Notes: generated from the letters alone by a model not told the origin. Positions 50,700 through 63,390 are shown, counted from the first letter of the whole stretch. The stretch is DNA of 63,393 bases, filler included, from Octopus bimaculoides (GCF_001194135.2; 6 parts of 6 records of this genome joined end to end with filler, not necessarily neighbours in it), one strand, 5' to 3'. A program made the numbers and translations.

Positions 50700-51263
50700 C
50701 TTTATTCCCTTATTTGTCTCAGTCATTAGACTGCGACCATGCTGAAGCGTCGCCTTGAGGAATTTTAGCCGAACTAATTCATCCAAGTACTTATTTTCTT
50801 TTTAAGTCTGGTACTTATTCTATCGGTCACTTTTGACGAACCGCTACGTTACGGGATTGAAAACACACCAACACTGGTTGTTAATCAGTGGTGAAGTACA
50901 AACAAATACAAAAACACACGCACATGCAATATATATATTAGATTGGTACATAGTTATTGCGGCTTTTTTTTCAATAAATTTTATTCAACAAGAATTTTTA
51001 ACAAAACACCAAACAGAAATTGAAGTAGATGGTGAATATGCTCCAGAATAATCATTTAAAGATGTTTTTTTTTAAATGTTATTGTTTTTGTTGAATAAAA
51101 TTTATTGAAAAAAAAGCCGCAATAATTATGCACCAACCTAATATATATAACGGGCTTCTTTCAATTTCCGTCTACCAAATCCACTCACTGTAGTAGAAAA
51201 CACTTGCTCAAGGTGCCATGCAGTGGAACTAACCTGAGACCATGTAGTTGGGAAGGAAGCTTC
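50700..51263 (-). mobile_element. SINE family S2 split by a mariner MITE
   Basis: Tail half 50700-50925, head half 51148-51263. Confidence 0.75.
50938..51142. mobile_element. mariner-type (MADE1/Hsmar1-like TIR) MITE inserted in the (TA)n tract of a SINE
   Basis: ~55-bp arms TTAG.TTGGT.CATA.TTATTGCGGCTTTTTTT / AAAAAAAGCCGCAATAATTATGCACCAACCTAA. Confidence 0.75.
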
Positions 51264-51267
51264 TTTA

Positions 51268-53235
51268 TTTCATTAAATTTGCCACACAGGCCGTACAAAG
51301 ATGAGACGAACAAGGACAGATAAAACACAAAAGGTGAAGAAACTGCTTTAATTAAAAGTTAATGTCCGAATGAATGATGATAGGAGAAAATGACATAATT
51401 ATAAGGCAATTAAAAATATAATAGAATATAATTATTATTGCAATATGCAATAATTCACGACAAAAAGATAGGCATCCAGCCATCTGGGTAGAACCTTCAC
51501 TTGTTACCACTGATCCCACTTACCTGGTGCCGATCACTCTCAACTTGCTTGCCACAGTCTTCCATCTTTTCACGAATGTACTCAGCGACAGGCACCATTT
51601 CTCCAGTCTGACCTTACTTACGAGGTGGTAACTAAAAAGTTTTACCAGCCCCTGGCCGGAGACAAAGGTACCTCTCACTCTTCCTCTTACACGCGTCTTC
51701 CATATTGTTTCTTTCAGTATGGCTACTACGCAGAAGAAACAAGCCCTCCTTTCCCTGTCAAGGGAAGGAGGCGGTACAATCTCGATGATGGACTCCGGTG
51801 ATAGCTGTACTCTTCTTATTACTGACAATAGTTTGACAAAAGCTATCTGTCCCGATAACTCCGGACACTCCACGAATGCGTGCAAGACGGTTTCCCTGTC
51901 CTACCCGCATCTCAGGCATGTCGGTGAGACGGCACTACCGTGCCTCGACAGCTTATCTCGAACCGGTAGCGCCACACGGAAGCACTGCCAAGCCAAGGAT
52001 TTCTGGTAATTATCCAGATATCCGAACGTTCTTCTGAACAGTTTGATCAACTGATTTTCATCATAGCATAGGGTCTCCCCCAAGGCGTCTTCCGACATAG
52101 ATCCCACTAACCGCTATAGAATTCCGCGGTGGAACTCCTGTTGCCGGCATTACCCACCCGAGAGAGTAGCTGAAGCGCCTGGCGACACTCCAATTGCCAG
52201 TCCCCCAGCCTAGGTCTCTGCTTGATCCATGTACCAATTTCCGTTAAGGACGTTAACCGTGGAAGGTAGAACCAGACGTGCAGAGACCACACCTGCTCTC
52301 CATCCAGGTAAAACCAGAGGTGCTTCAACCTTAACGCGAGTTTTCGCATCCTCAGCCAAGGCATCCCTAGCCCACCCTTTAGCGGTTTCTGGCAGCAGAC
52401 AGAGCGCTTCACAAGCGGCTTTCCTCCCTTCCACAAAAAGCGGAAAAGGATTCTCTCCAACTTGTTCAGTCACAAATCGGAGCAAAGCACCACGGTCAGA
52501 CGGTAGGTGATAACTGCTGTTATAAACATCTGCACCACCTCCGTCTATCCTAGCAAGGATAACGCCCGCCCAGACCAGGTCTGGGTTAGAGCAGTCACCT
52601 TACTGGTTACCTCACTCCAATTTTTCTCTATCTGGAGGTCTCGGCCAAACCAGACACCAAGCAGCTTAACAGGACCTTCCGTCCAACACCCACGACGTTA
52701 CTGGATGCCATCGGCTTGCCCCTCCAGGTGCCGAGTTGCAAACCGACCGACTTGTCCTTGTTAACCTTTGTTCCTGCCATCGCCTCGTAACTTTTGATAG
52801 CCTCTTCCATGACTGGAAGTTGGCCATCGTTCGCAACGATGATGGAGATGTCATCGGCATACGCCGTGGCTCCTCTTCCATACCATAGATCATTCGATGC
52901 GCCCCCTAGTGCCTCCAACTTCCGCAGTAATAGCTCAACAGCCAACACATACAAAAGCGGAGACAGAGGACACCCCTGACGCACTGAGCACTCGATCTTG
53001 AATGGCTTCGAAAGGAAACCATTCACTTTGACGATAGACTGGATGTCGCTGTACAAAGCAGCAATCCAACCGCGGAAGGTCGGGTCCAGGCCAGCCTTCT
53101 CGATGACCGCTGCCAAGTACCGATTGTTGACACTATCAAATGCTTTAGACTGGTATAAATGTACCAGCGCCTCTACCCCTGCGCCAGAAAGCTTCACTAT
53201 CCTCTCTAAGGAGTAGCGTATAAGGTGGAGATTCC
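51268..53235 (-). mobile_element. 5'-truncated Tx1/L1-clade LINE (RT, thumb, zf-RVT, 3' UTR)
   Basis: QSKAFDSVNNRYL..VKVNGFLSKPFKIECSVRQGCPLSPLLYVL..YADDISI; ERILFRFLWKG..GGLGMP; WQCFRVALPVRDKL..PTCLRCG..HAFVECP. Confidence 0.9.
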
Positions 53236-54009
53236 TTCTTATTAATGTTCAAATATGGATCAACAGGTTCAATTTGTTATTCGTAAAAAAAATGTGATGT
53301 ATTGATGAAAATTATTCTGTAACTTAATTAATACAAATTACATTAATACTTTACACCACTGCCCATCTTTGATTATCTCGAACTGGCAAAGTAGTTAGGG
53401 GTTGGCCACAAAGCCAATGTCATCAGTTCCAATTCTTGGTACCCTGAGTTCAAATCTCACGAAAGTCAAATTTGCCTTACATCTTTCCGAATCGAAGAAT
53501 ATCGGAGTGAATACCTTGCAAGCATTTGGGCCGGGCCACGTCTCTGGTTTAAGTATACGTTCCTCTCTCCTTCCCGCTAGTCTCGAAGCCCAAGAAAGAG
53601 TTGTGGGTACTACATTCCCTTCATGATAAAGGTTCTGTGTTCCTACAAGATAAAATACAATAAGATGGTAAGAATTGTTAAACTTCAGAAAATAAATTAG
53701 AGCTGGGAAGCTGGCGAAATGTTTTTAGTGGAATTTTGAAATCATCACCATAGTTAAACTGCTAGGTCAGGCCTATTCCAGAATTTACTTACAAATGGCT
53801 ATTATACTGAATAAACAGCTATTATTTTTTACAGTTGAGTAAGCATGCAACATTTAAATTCCATGCTTATATAAATATTGTAATAATTTAATTTTACACA
53901 CACACACACACACACACACATAATGTGGGTTTGCATGTGTATGTATGTGTGTGTATGTATATATATGTGCGTATATAGATATGTAAAATCTCTCTCTCTC
54001 TCTCTCCTT

Positions 54010-54049
<40 letters not shown>

Positions 54050-56032
54050 CATAAAGCCCACAATTAGGTAAAAAGATTGAATACATCAAAAGTTGTTACA
54101 ATGTTGCGGATACCAAATTAAATATATAAATCACATTCTAATCTCTCGTATTAGATAAATCTGCTGCAAAAGTGCGTCCATGGAACAACGTATTAAGAAA
54201 CACCGCTGATAGAAAAAAGAGTTTTTCTAATTTATTTTGGATTTAATGTTGACATAACTGAATTCAAGGTAAGCCATTTTCTCTTTCTTCATCGACATAT
54301 TTGAATAAGCAGAATATATATCCTCGTCCAACATTTTCTTTAAATCTCGTTTAACATCAGTTGACAAGTAAAAATTTCTAAGAAAGTTATGGCGAATATA
54401 GAGCATAAAAGTATGATTTTCTCTGGCCTTATTATAAATGTTTGTACAAAGATTGTAATATTTGTGTGTTATATGCAAATAAGCTTTACTCACGTTAAAA
54501 AATAATTTCTAGGGTTTAGTTTGAGTGGAAGTAGCAACACCTATGAACATTCTGTAGGTCATCCGAGACTGGTAGTTGGAAAGGAGCAACATATAGGTTA
54601 CCCTCAGACTGCAAACATACTTCAAAAACTTGCGTTAGAGTGGAGGCCGCTAAAGAGTTCCAAGAGCCAGGCAAGCAGTTTAAATTGACAAATCAAGTAT
54701 GCCACCCCAAAACAGAAACAGTCCACTTTCGGATTGCTGTCTTTTCAGTTTTCTCAAAATGCTGGGCATGATCCAAATCGTGTAAATGTGTGCAGGGGCA
54801 CGGTTAAAAGATGAGATGTATGGACATTCATATGTCGGATAACTCTGGGATGAATGTTTGAAATCAGGCAAAAGCCCGACCAGTGGACACGCATCAAGAA
54901 ACTGTCTTATTAGGTGACACATACTCTTGGTAGTATGCCCGATCCTTGTTCGAGCGCTAGGTTTCAAGAAACACAATCCAGGTATTTACTTCCAGGTGAA
55001 TTTCTTATAATAATGGAGCAGTGGTCAACAGTTACTCATGAACCATGTATCACAAACTACGCCATCAAGCTGTCGATTAAATCTATAAAAACCCTTCAAA
55101 CGTCTTTCTGTTTAATGCTAAACAAAACAAAGAATAAATGACAATTATGCAGAGAAGGCTAAAGATGTTAATAGGTGAACTAGTTTAGAAGAGACACTAA
55201 AACAGACGAGTGTATTGTAAGAATTGTATGTAGCTTACTGGCAAAGTAGCAGAAACAAAAGTATATGAATAATTCTGATCCACTATGCACAATATACCAG
55301 CACCCAGAAACTTCAATTCAGCTAGACTTTTTTCTTCACTAAAACACAATCTTATCTTTAGCCTCTAATCCATGATTACTTTTCAAGCTACTCTCTATAT
55401 CCCAACTACTTTCATAAAGTCGACGTCCACTCTCCCTTTTGCATGCATTTCAGAAACAAAGGCTTCAGGATCTTTCCTCAGCTCAATTATTCAGCACTTA
55501 CTTTAGTATCGTTGTACTTCCTAGCAATGTAGTTTTCTGTAATAGTTCCTTTCGAAAGTCGATCCCAGACTTCATCTATGACTAACTTTTCTTCATGAAA
55601 GGACCCGGAGTGTCTATTATTCTCTACATGTTTGTAAATTCTCTTTCCAAATTTTGGTATTTTACTATTTTGTCTTTACTCCCATACTTTCACATTTGTT
55701 AAGTTTATACCATAGTTGATTATGTTTCTAAGGTTATCTAATGATTGGGTACTGTATAATGTTAGATTCTGACATTTGTTTGTGCTGTTTATCTGTAGAC
55801 TTATTTTAGTTGTTTGCAAGTTCTTAAACATTTCAGTCTGAAATGTTGTGGACTCTCGGTTAGATTATTTCGTACCTTAATGAGTTGGACTGATGTATGT
55901 TATTTTATTTCATGAAAGTAGAATTTAGGTGAACCGTATAAGTTACCTTGTTAATTTAACGATATAGATTAAATATGCTGCATATATGTCAGATACCTTA
56001 ATGCATTTGAAATTGTAAACTTTTTACAGGGA

Positions 56033-56462
56033 ATGTGTAACCTCGCGATGCTGCAAAGCCTGAACCTTACCCGAAAATCTACTGTTTTCATTACGGTGAA
56101 TATTTTATCTTTGACATTGTTATGCCTATATTACACCGAGTGGTATGACATGTTAGAAATTGGTAGCTTTTGGAAATCAAGCGAAAGAAGCAACAGAGGA
56201 TCATATAAAGAATTCTGGGTGTCATTCCCTGCATTGCGAAACTTTAAACTTGAAGACAATACTGGTGGAGAATTTGGTCTGTTTCCTCTTTCTGAAAATT
56301 ATATTGCACTGCTCAATATTTCAAATTTCACTATTTCTAAAGCTTTCTTGCCTGCCATGACTGACAAAGAAAAATTGGTGTCTCTGTACGTTTTCCAAAA
56401 TTTTATCAATGGTTGTAACCAGAATAATATCACTTTCTTCATCCAAGGTGGCACTTTGTTAG
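56033..56462 (+). CDS. LicD/fukutin-family phosphotransferase, coding exon 1 (N-terminal signal anchor, stem, start of catalytic domain)
   Basis: Acceptor TTTTTACAG at 56021-56029, ATG at 56033, hydrophobic anchor VFITVNILSLTLLCLYY, ends ...NNITFFIQGGTLL-G; donor GTAAGT at 56463 (phase 1). Confidence 0.85.
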
Positions 56463-56481
56463 GTAAGTAACACTTATGCAT

Positions 56482-56530
<49 letters not shown>

Positions 56531-56540
56531 NNNNNNNNNN

Positions 56541-56583
<43 letters not shown>

Positions 56584-56644
56584 ATTTTCACCTTGATGAA
56601 ATACTTCTTACGAAAGACACCAAAGACCAATTGGTATATATAAG

Positions 56645-58100
56645 ATGTTGTTAGCTACAGTCACGGCATTTACTTACAGCCATGTCATAGCTGAATACAA
56701 ATATGAAACTTTGTACAGCTAGAAAATTATTTATAGAAAAATGAATACCTATTACTCTAGTAGACAATAACTAGGACTTTATTAAATTCATTTCTGACAA
56801 TGTTTACTACTTCTAGAACACAATGTTCTATAACTCGGAGATAGTTGATGACAGGATGTTACTGAAGATAACAAGGATATTGATGTCTTAAGCTTGTTCT
56901 ATTACCATATCATCGAAGACTACTTCTGGCAAATTATTTACTCTGAGCAAGACATTATTAACTACAATTAGGGTATTGTAGACTGCGACTAGAAAATCGT
57001 AATTGTAGACTATAGCTATTTTATCTGACACAGTGTTGGTTATGGAAACAGCATAGTAGAATACAATTAGGACGTGGGTTATTGCGGTTAATACAGTGTC
57101 ACTCATAACTAGAACATTGCTAACTACATGTGGGATATTGTAGAGAATGATTATAATATTCTGGACAACTGCACTATCTCTGTAGCATTAACGACTACAT
57201 CAAGAATATTGATGGCAACATAACTGCTTACAAACTAGTACATTGTTGAATGTAGTTAGGACATCACTGACAACAGCAAAGATATTGGTTTCTGAAAGCT
57301 AAGGTATTCATAGTTACAGCTAGAATATTGACTGCGGATAAAATAAGACATAGTCGACTACAGCTAGAATCTTTTCAACTGCTTCTAAAATATTCTTGTT
57401 GACTGATAACTTATTATGAAGTATAATTAAGACATTACGGTATCTAACAAGGATTTTATTTTCCTGCTTGTCGATTTATTATGGTTACAGCTGTGACATT
57501 ATTCGTTGACAATGTCCTAGACAGAATGGGCTACTTCTAAGTTTTTATTGTTTGCAGATTGGACTTTCTTGATTATAGCTACAGCGTTGCTGTCTACAGT
57601 AAGATGCTATCCGTGGAGTATTGGTGCCTAGAGACATAGAATAGTATGGACTGTAGCTATTTCGTTGCTGCTGACTACATCTTCGATGTAAAACATCCTA
57701 ATCTAAAACATTGGTGACTACAGTTACAACGTTATTAACTACACTTATGATATTAACGAATATTAATGAATTCAGCTAGAACATTATTGACTATAGCTAG
57801 GACATCGTTGACTACAGTTGGGATTTAGATGGTTATAGTAGTGACATAGATGACTATAATTACGACATTGCTGAGTACATTTGGAATTTGGTTGACTACG
57901 TCTTAAGCATTATTGACTACATCTACGATGTAGTTTGCTACCGTTATGATATTGATGATTACAGTTACATCGCTGTTGACTACATTTAGGATTTGGTTGA
58001 CTACAACTAAAATATTGCAGGTTAGAGTTTAAACATAAAAATATGCTACAGCTAGCACACTGGAGCCTAAAGCCCAACCATTGTAGACTACAAGTAGGAC
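56645..58100. repeat. Diverged 21-bp tandem array (consensus GACATTGTTGACTACAGCTAG), left part
   Basis: Eleven consecutive 21-nt units without indels read at 57780-58010. Confidence 0.8.
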
Positions 58101-58199
58101 AGTGTGTTATAATCTTTAATATGTTGGCTTATTGTAACGCCCACTACGGTATACAGTATACTTAGTTAAACCAGTAAAGACACAACTATCTCTGAGCAC

Positions 58200-59810
58200 C
58201 TGCTACGTACTCTTTCTTTATTTTGGCACTACGGCCATAGCACAGAAGGGACAGCACAAGGACAGACAGAACATCACAGTGGGGACAAAAAACATAAAAC
58301 GAATGAAAATGAAGATGTTATATAATAATGAAAAGAGAAATGGCTACATGAGCACAACTCTAATGCACTTCCATTTGAACGTTTAAATGCACAATTTATA
58401 ATCGTTCATTTTTCCTTTGTTTTTTTCTTTATCATCGTTTACTCCTCACCACCTTTTTTTTTTAAATAAAGCAATTTTACTTACTTTCTTTTCCTTTTTT
58501 AATATTTCATAAAGGGTTCAAGTTCTTTCAATTCTACCACTGGTGGCAATTCATCAAATTCCAGTGTTACTCCTGGCGGATCAATTCCTCTTCCACACTT
58601 ATCTTTCAACCTGTTGTACCTCTCCTTGTCGACCACAATGGCCTTCACGTTCTCTGAGTATATATCTGTGGGCTGCTTCACCTTTATAATTGACTTCAAT
58701 TTCATTATTTTCCGCTCTTTTTTTTTATTTTTAGCAAATGTTACAAAATTTCATCGGTATTTTTCGCCTTTCATGTTTGTTTTCCCTTTTCTTGCTCTAC
58801 TCCTGGTGCTTTTTCTTTTTCCTCCTCCACTCTGAATTGTGTCGCTATTCCACCCTCATACAGTTGTCGCCTAAATCCTCTTCCTCCACTGGTATAACCA
58901 GTGTCTTTGCTGCTGTCTCCTCCTTCTGAAACTCCTCCTCGAGCTCCTCTTCAAGCTCCTTTTCAATCTCCTGGTCAACCATCTTCTCACCTTCCTCCCT
59001 TCTGACTTCTATCACAACCTCTTTCACTCCCTTCTTAACTACTTCTTTTTTTCTTTTTCTGCCTCTCTGGCGGAGAGCTTACTCTTTCACTTCTCTTTCT
59101 CTTTTTGACTACCATGAATTCCTCCTCTGTTCTTGTCTCCTTTACCTCGACGTGTACCACCTGATCCACACTCTCTTGCTCCTCAGTCTGTTCCATCTGT
59201 TGTTCCTTTTTTCTCTGGAGGCACCTCTCCTTCATGTGGCCTTTCTCTCCAAATGAGTAGCATATGGGAGGCCTACCCTCCACCACCACTCTCAACCTTA
59301 TATCCTCAGGCAGAACTATTTCTTCTGCAATTCTGTTGAGATCTTCCAAACTCGCTTGTATGGCCATCTCTATGCCATATCCCCAATAGTTCAACCTTGT
59401 AGTTCTCGTTGCCTTGTGTATCTTGGCATCCTCCTCCATGTTGAGTATTGTGGCTGCCATCAACCATGTTTCCTTTGTCTCTGGGGGTGCTTTGACAACT
59501 CTCACCCTGGCAACACGCTTGCGATTCTCAATGGCCTCAATTGTTGCTATTTCGATCTTCCTTGTTGATAACCTCAAACCGTTCTCTTGTTTGCACTACT
59601 TGAGAGTTCCTCAGGCGGCGTCGGTTTTAGCGTGTTTCCCTCCTTTTCCGGTAGTTTCTCATATTCTTTCGTCTTCTTCGGCTCAAGTTTTGCTTCACGA
59701 GCCGCCTGCTGCGTACTCTGGTACTTCACGTACTTTTCTTTATTAATAGTGACTAGGTTATTCCATTGCTCACGTGGGAGGTATGTACCATTATTACTAA
59801 TTTCCAACAC
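58200..59810 (-). mobile_element. Tx1/L1-like element retaining a broken ORF1 (gag-like zinc knuckle), ORF2 essentially deleted
   Basis: RLRVVVEGRPPICYSFGEKGHMKERC; Glu/Lys-rich tail ending at 58499; possible ORF2 start MNDYKLC(T)LNVQ at 58409; 3' UTR resembles 51270-51360. Confidence 0.7.
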
Positions 59811-59829
59811 AGTGTGCTTGACAACAAAG

Positions 59830-60240
59830 TCTGTTGAAAACAGCTATGGTGTTGTGAACATACAATTATAGCATTGCTGAGTACAGCTGGAGCATTGGAA
59901 ATAGAGCTTGAATATTGTTGAATATAGCTAAAAAGTTTTTGACAGCCGCTATGATATCTATAATTTTGGCTAAGACCTTCGTTACTACATTGAACATATT
60001 GTACAATAAAATTGGTATATAACAGAATGATTCTAGAACAATCTTAATTACAGATGGTACATTGTCGGCTGCAGCTAAGACATTGCCGACATCTAGGGCA
60101 TTATCGGCTTCAGGTAGGGCATATGTTAAAGTAGCTATATGTGATAGCAATTAGAACACAATAGCTGCTAGTGTATTATATATGTACTACATCTCGGATA
60201 CTGAACATTGTTGAATCTCACATTCTTAACAACTAGAATG
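59830..60240. repeat. Diverged 21-bp tandem array, right part
   Basis: Same ACATTGTTGA.TACAGCT units resume after the LINE. Confidence 0.7.
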
Positions 60241-60532
60241 AGCGTTAGATATATGGTATAGCATGTTTGTTTAGCGTTTTGATTAAATCTGATCATTAAT
60301 TCACGTGAGTTATCATGGTTTCTTGAATTTGGGATTTACGTCTGAAATTGCTAGACACTGTCTTTCAATGTCTTTTAACATAATTCAAATATAGCAACAA
60401 AGATTTCTGTTTTAGAATTCACTTAGATATGTTAAACATAAGCAGTACAAATATGTTTACTATGATTGCATCAGACTAAAACCTAAGCAATAATAACCAC
60501 AATTGTGGTCCTTTTTTTGTTTTTTTTTACAG

Positions 60533-61152
60533 GAGCCTATCGTCATCATGGCTATATACCGTGGGATGATGACATTGACGTCTATGTGGATCATGAAGAC
60601 AAACAAAAATTATACAACTTGAGTTCCATGGGACAAGGTTTCAATATATGCAGCTACGAACATTTTCAGTGGAAATTTTACAATTCACGTACACCTGCCC
60701 TATTAAATTATAAATATCGATGGCCATTTATCGATATATTTTTCTATAAAGTATCTAATGACATTGTCTATGACGTCACATACAGGTCAAAAAAGCGCAT
60801 ATTTAACTCCCACGATGTATTTCCTTTAAAGGGTCACGCTTTTGAAGGGGCTTTTTTACCTGGGCCATGTAATGTTTTAAAGAGCATAAATTCTTGGAAT
60901 GGTGTGAATCAAAGTTTCTGTTACTCGGGTTCCTATGCCCATAAAACAGAAAGCAGTAAAGGAAAAACCTACATAGATTCAGTAGCATGTAATGAATTAT
61001 ATCCGGTATACCCGTTTGTTTTCCGTTCCCCCTCCAACAGTTCAGATGAGACTCAAATTGAACAGTTAAAATTAGGCAACACAGTTTTGCATAAACTGGT
61101 TGTAAATAGTAGTTGTTCATACTATTATCGCAATTTAACGCTACGACTATAA
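60533..61152 (+). CDS. LicD/fukutin-family phosphotransferase, coding exon 2 (catalytic domain)
   Basis: Polypyrimidine tract plus AG at 60531-60532; G|GA restores [45 protein letters not shown]..LPGP; stop TAA at 61150-61152. Confidence 0.9.
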
Positions 61153-61290
61153 GAGAATCATTGTTATACACACACATACATTCATATATANNNNNNNNNN
61201 NNNNNNNNNNNNNNNNNNNNNNNNNNNNNNNNNNTTAATTAATTAANNNNNNNNNNNNNNNNNNNNNNNNNNNNNNNNNNNNNNNNNNNN

Positions 61291-61326
<36 letters not shown>

Positions 61327-61739
61327 AAATAGTAAATGAGTATATGCATATATACGTACAGGTATGTGCATACCGACATCCACCTGTATGTATAGGTGCA
61401 TATCTGGGTACAGGACATTGCAAACAAACGTAGACGAGAACACACGAGCCACATAGAGAACATTCTCCTTCATTCATAGCTCAGCTCAGTGTATTCTCGA
61501 ACACGGTATATAATATGAGTTTCTTCTCATGACAGTTACTGCAGCGAAGATCCATTTACTTTTGACAGTACGTAATCGTGATAAATATAAATATAAACAA
61601 CTTCATCTTAATGTTTAGTGTGTATAGAATGCATTAATTCCAGCTTAACGTAGCTTAGATCACGAAAGCAAATATATACTTTGATATTTACATATTAGAA
61701 TGGCATTTCTTAGGAAGATGTAGAAGACTGATTTGATGT

Positions 61740-61784
61740 CTGTAACAGATGAAGCGTATCAACGCAGAAGCACGTGCCTTACAG
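61740..61784 (+). ncRNA. Decayed minimal hammerhead motif
   Basis: CTGTAA | CAGATGA | AGCG-TATCAA-CGCA | GAAG | C-ACGT-G | CC | TTACAG; 6-bp stem I and 45-nt geometry kept, three core substitutions. Confidence 0.5.
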
Positions 61785-61959
61785 TCGGATTGCGTCATTC
61801 ATCAACCAGCTTGATGTATTTTCATACACATAATTCATAAGAAGAATTCTTCACAGCGAAGCTTTTCCCACGTTCAAGTGTACACTAATGTGTTAAATAT
61901 AATGCATGTGTGTACGTATCTATATATTTTATATATATCATGCAAATAACAGATGTAAT

Positions 61960-62135
61960 CGCAGACGTGGCTGTGTGGTAAGAAGTTTGCTTCCCAACCA
62001 CATGGTTCCAGGTTCAGTCCCACTGCCTCGAAAATGACTTCTACAACAGCCCCGGGCCGGCCAAAGCTTTGTGAGTGAATTTGATAGACAGAAACTCCGT
62101 GTGTGTGTGTGTGTTTGTCTCTCACTACCGCTGAT
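61960..62135 (+). mobile_element. SINE family S2 head (further pieces at 62525-62610(-) and 62655-62790)
   Basis: GTGGCTGTGTGGTAAGAAGTTTGCTTCCCAACCACATGGTTCCAGGTTCAGTCCCACTGC. Confidence 0.8.
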
Positions 62136-63354
62136 AATCCCCTCTTTGTAAATCCATATTCCTAAAAATACGGCAATATTAATAATAACGTAATATAAAT
62201 ATAATATCAAATGCTTTGGTGCGCGACTATTTGCCTACCCTCTATATACACACACACACGCACACACACGCGCGCGCACGCACACAATCTTTTAGTTTNN
62301 NNNNNNNNNNNNNNNNNNNNNNNNNNNNNNNNNNNNNNNNNNNNNNNNNNNNNNNNNNNNNNNNNNNNNNNNNNNNNNNNNNNNNNNNNNNNNNNNNNNN
62401 NNNNNNNNNNNNNNNNNNNNNNNNNNNNNNNNNNNNNNNNNNNNNNNNNNNNNNNNNNNNNNNNNNNNNNNNNNNNNNNNNNNNNNNNNNNNNNNNNNNN
62501 NNNNNNNNNNNNNNNNNNNNNNNNCTGGTCAATCTGAAGCTATAGTAGAAGACACTTGCCCACAGTGCTATGCAATGGGACTGAATGAAAAACGATGTCG
62601 TTGGCAAGCAGTTTATTCCCACCACTTAGCAACCAGTGTTTTAATATCCCTGTAACATAGCTGTTTGGCAAATGGGACTCTTAGAAAAATACCAAGCTAA
62701 AATGAGTCACAGGTTCGATTTTATTCGACTAAAATTCTTCAAGGTGATGGCTCAGCATGGCTACAGTCCAAAGACAGAAACAAACAACAGTTAAAAACAC
62801 AATCAACTCCGATTCTCTCCACATTGTAAATAGATAAATAAATATAATACTTTCATAGCTTCTCTGAGTTAATTCGTCTCTATTATGTTTAACAATCCAC
62901 TACTTTTTGTCAATACTTTGTCATCAAACTGAATCTCTCAAGTCTGTACAAGATCAAATTGACCATTCAAATTTAATATCTTTATAATCGATAATTTAGC
63001 TTGGCAAGTCAATACCGCGTAAGTAAAATATAAATATGAAGTAGGATAAATTAAATTTTTTTTCCACATATTTGCTTTCTTGAATGGGTGGTAACTTATT
63101 TTTCTTTTCTCCTGATTCGTCTCTAAAATTTAATAAACGTTGTCAAAGCTGCAATAATTTTGTCATAAGTATCTACTATATACGTTTCTGCATCTGCGTG
63201 TATGTATGTATGTATGTATGTATGTATGTATGTATGTATGTATGTATGTATGTATGCATGCATGCATGTATGTATGTATGTATGTAAGTATGTATGTATG
63301 TATGCATATATTCATACATACATACACACACATATATAGATATGTAGATAGACT

Positions 63355-63390
<36 letters not shown>

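Noticed and set aside
54540-55700. Complex-sequence stretches possibly derived from LINE or LTR coding regions
   Set aside because: No recognisable motif in any frame by manual translation.
58197-59719. 17-nt similarity (CACCTGCTACGTACTCT / CGCCTGCTGCGTACTCT) as LTR or TSD of the intronic element
   Set aside because: The second copy is inside the element rather than at its boundary; short and imperfect.
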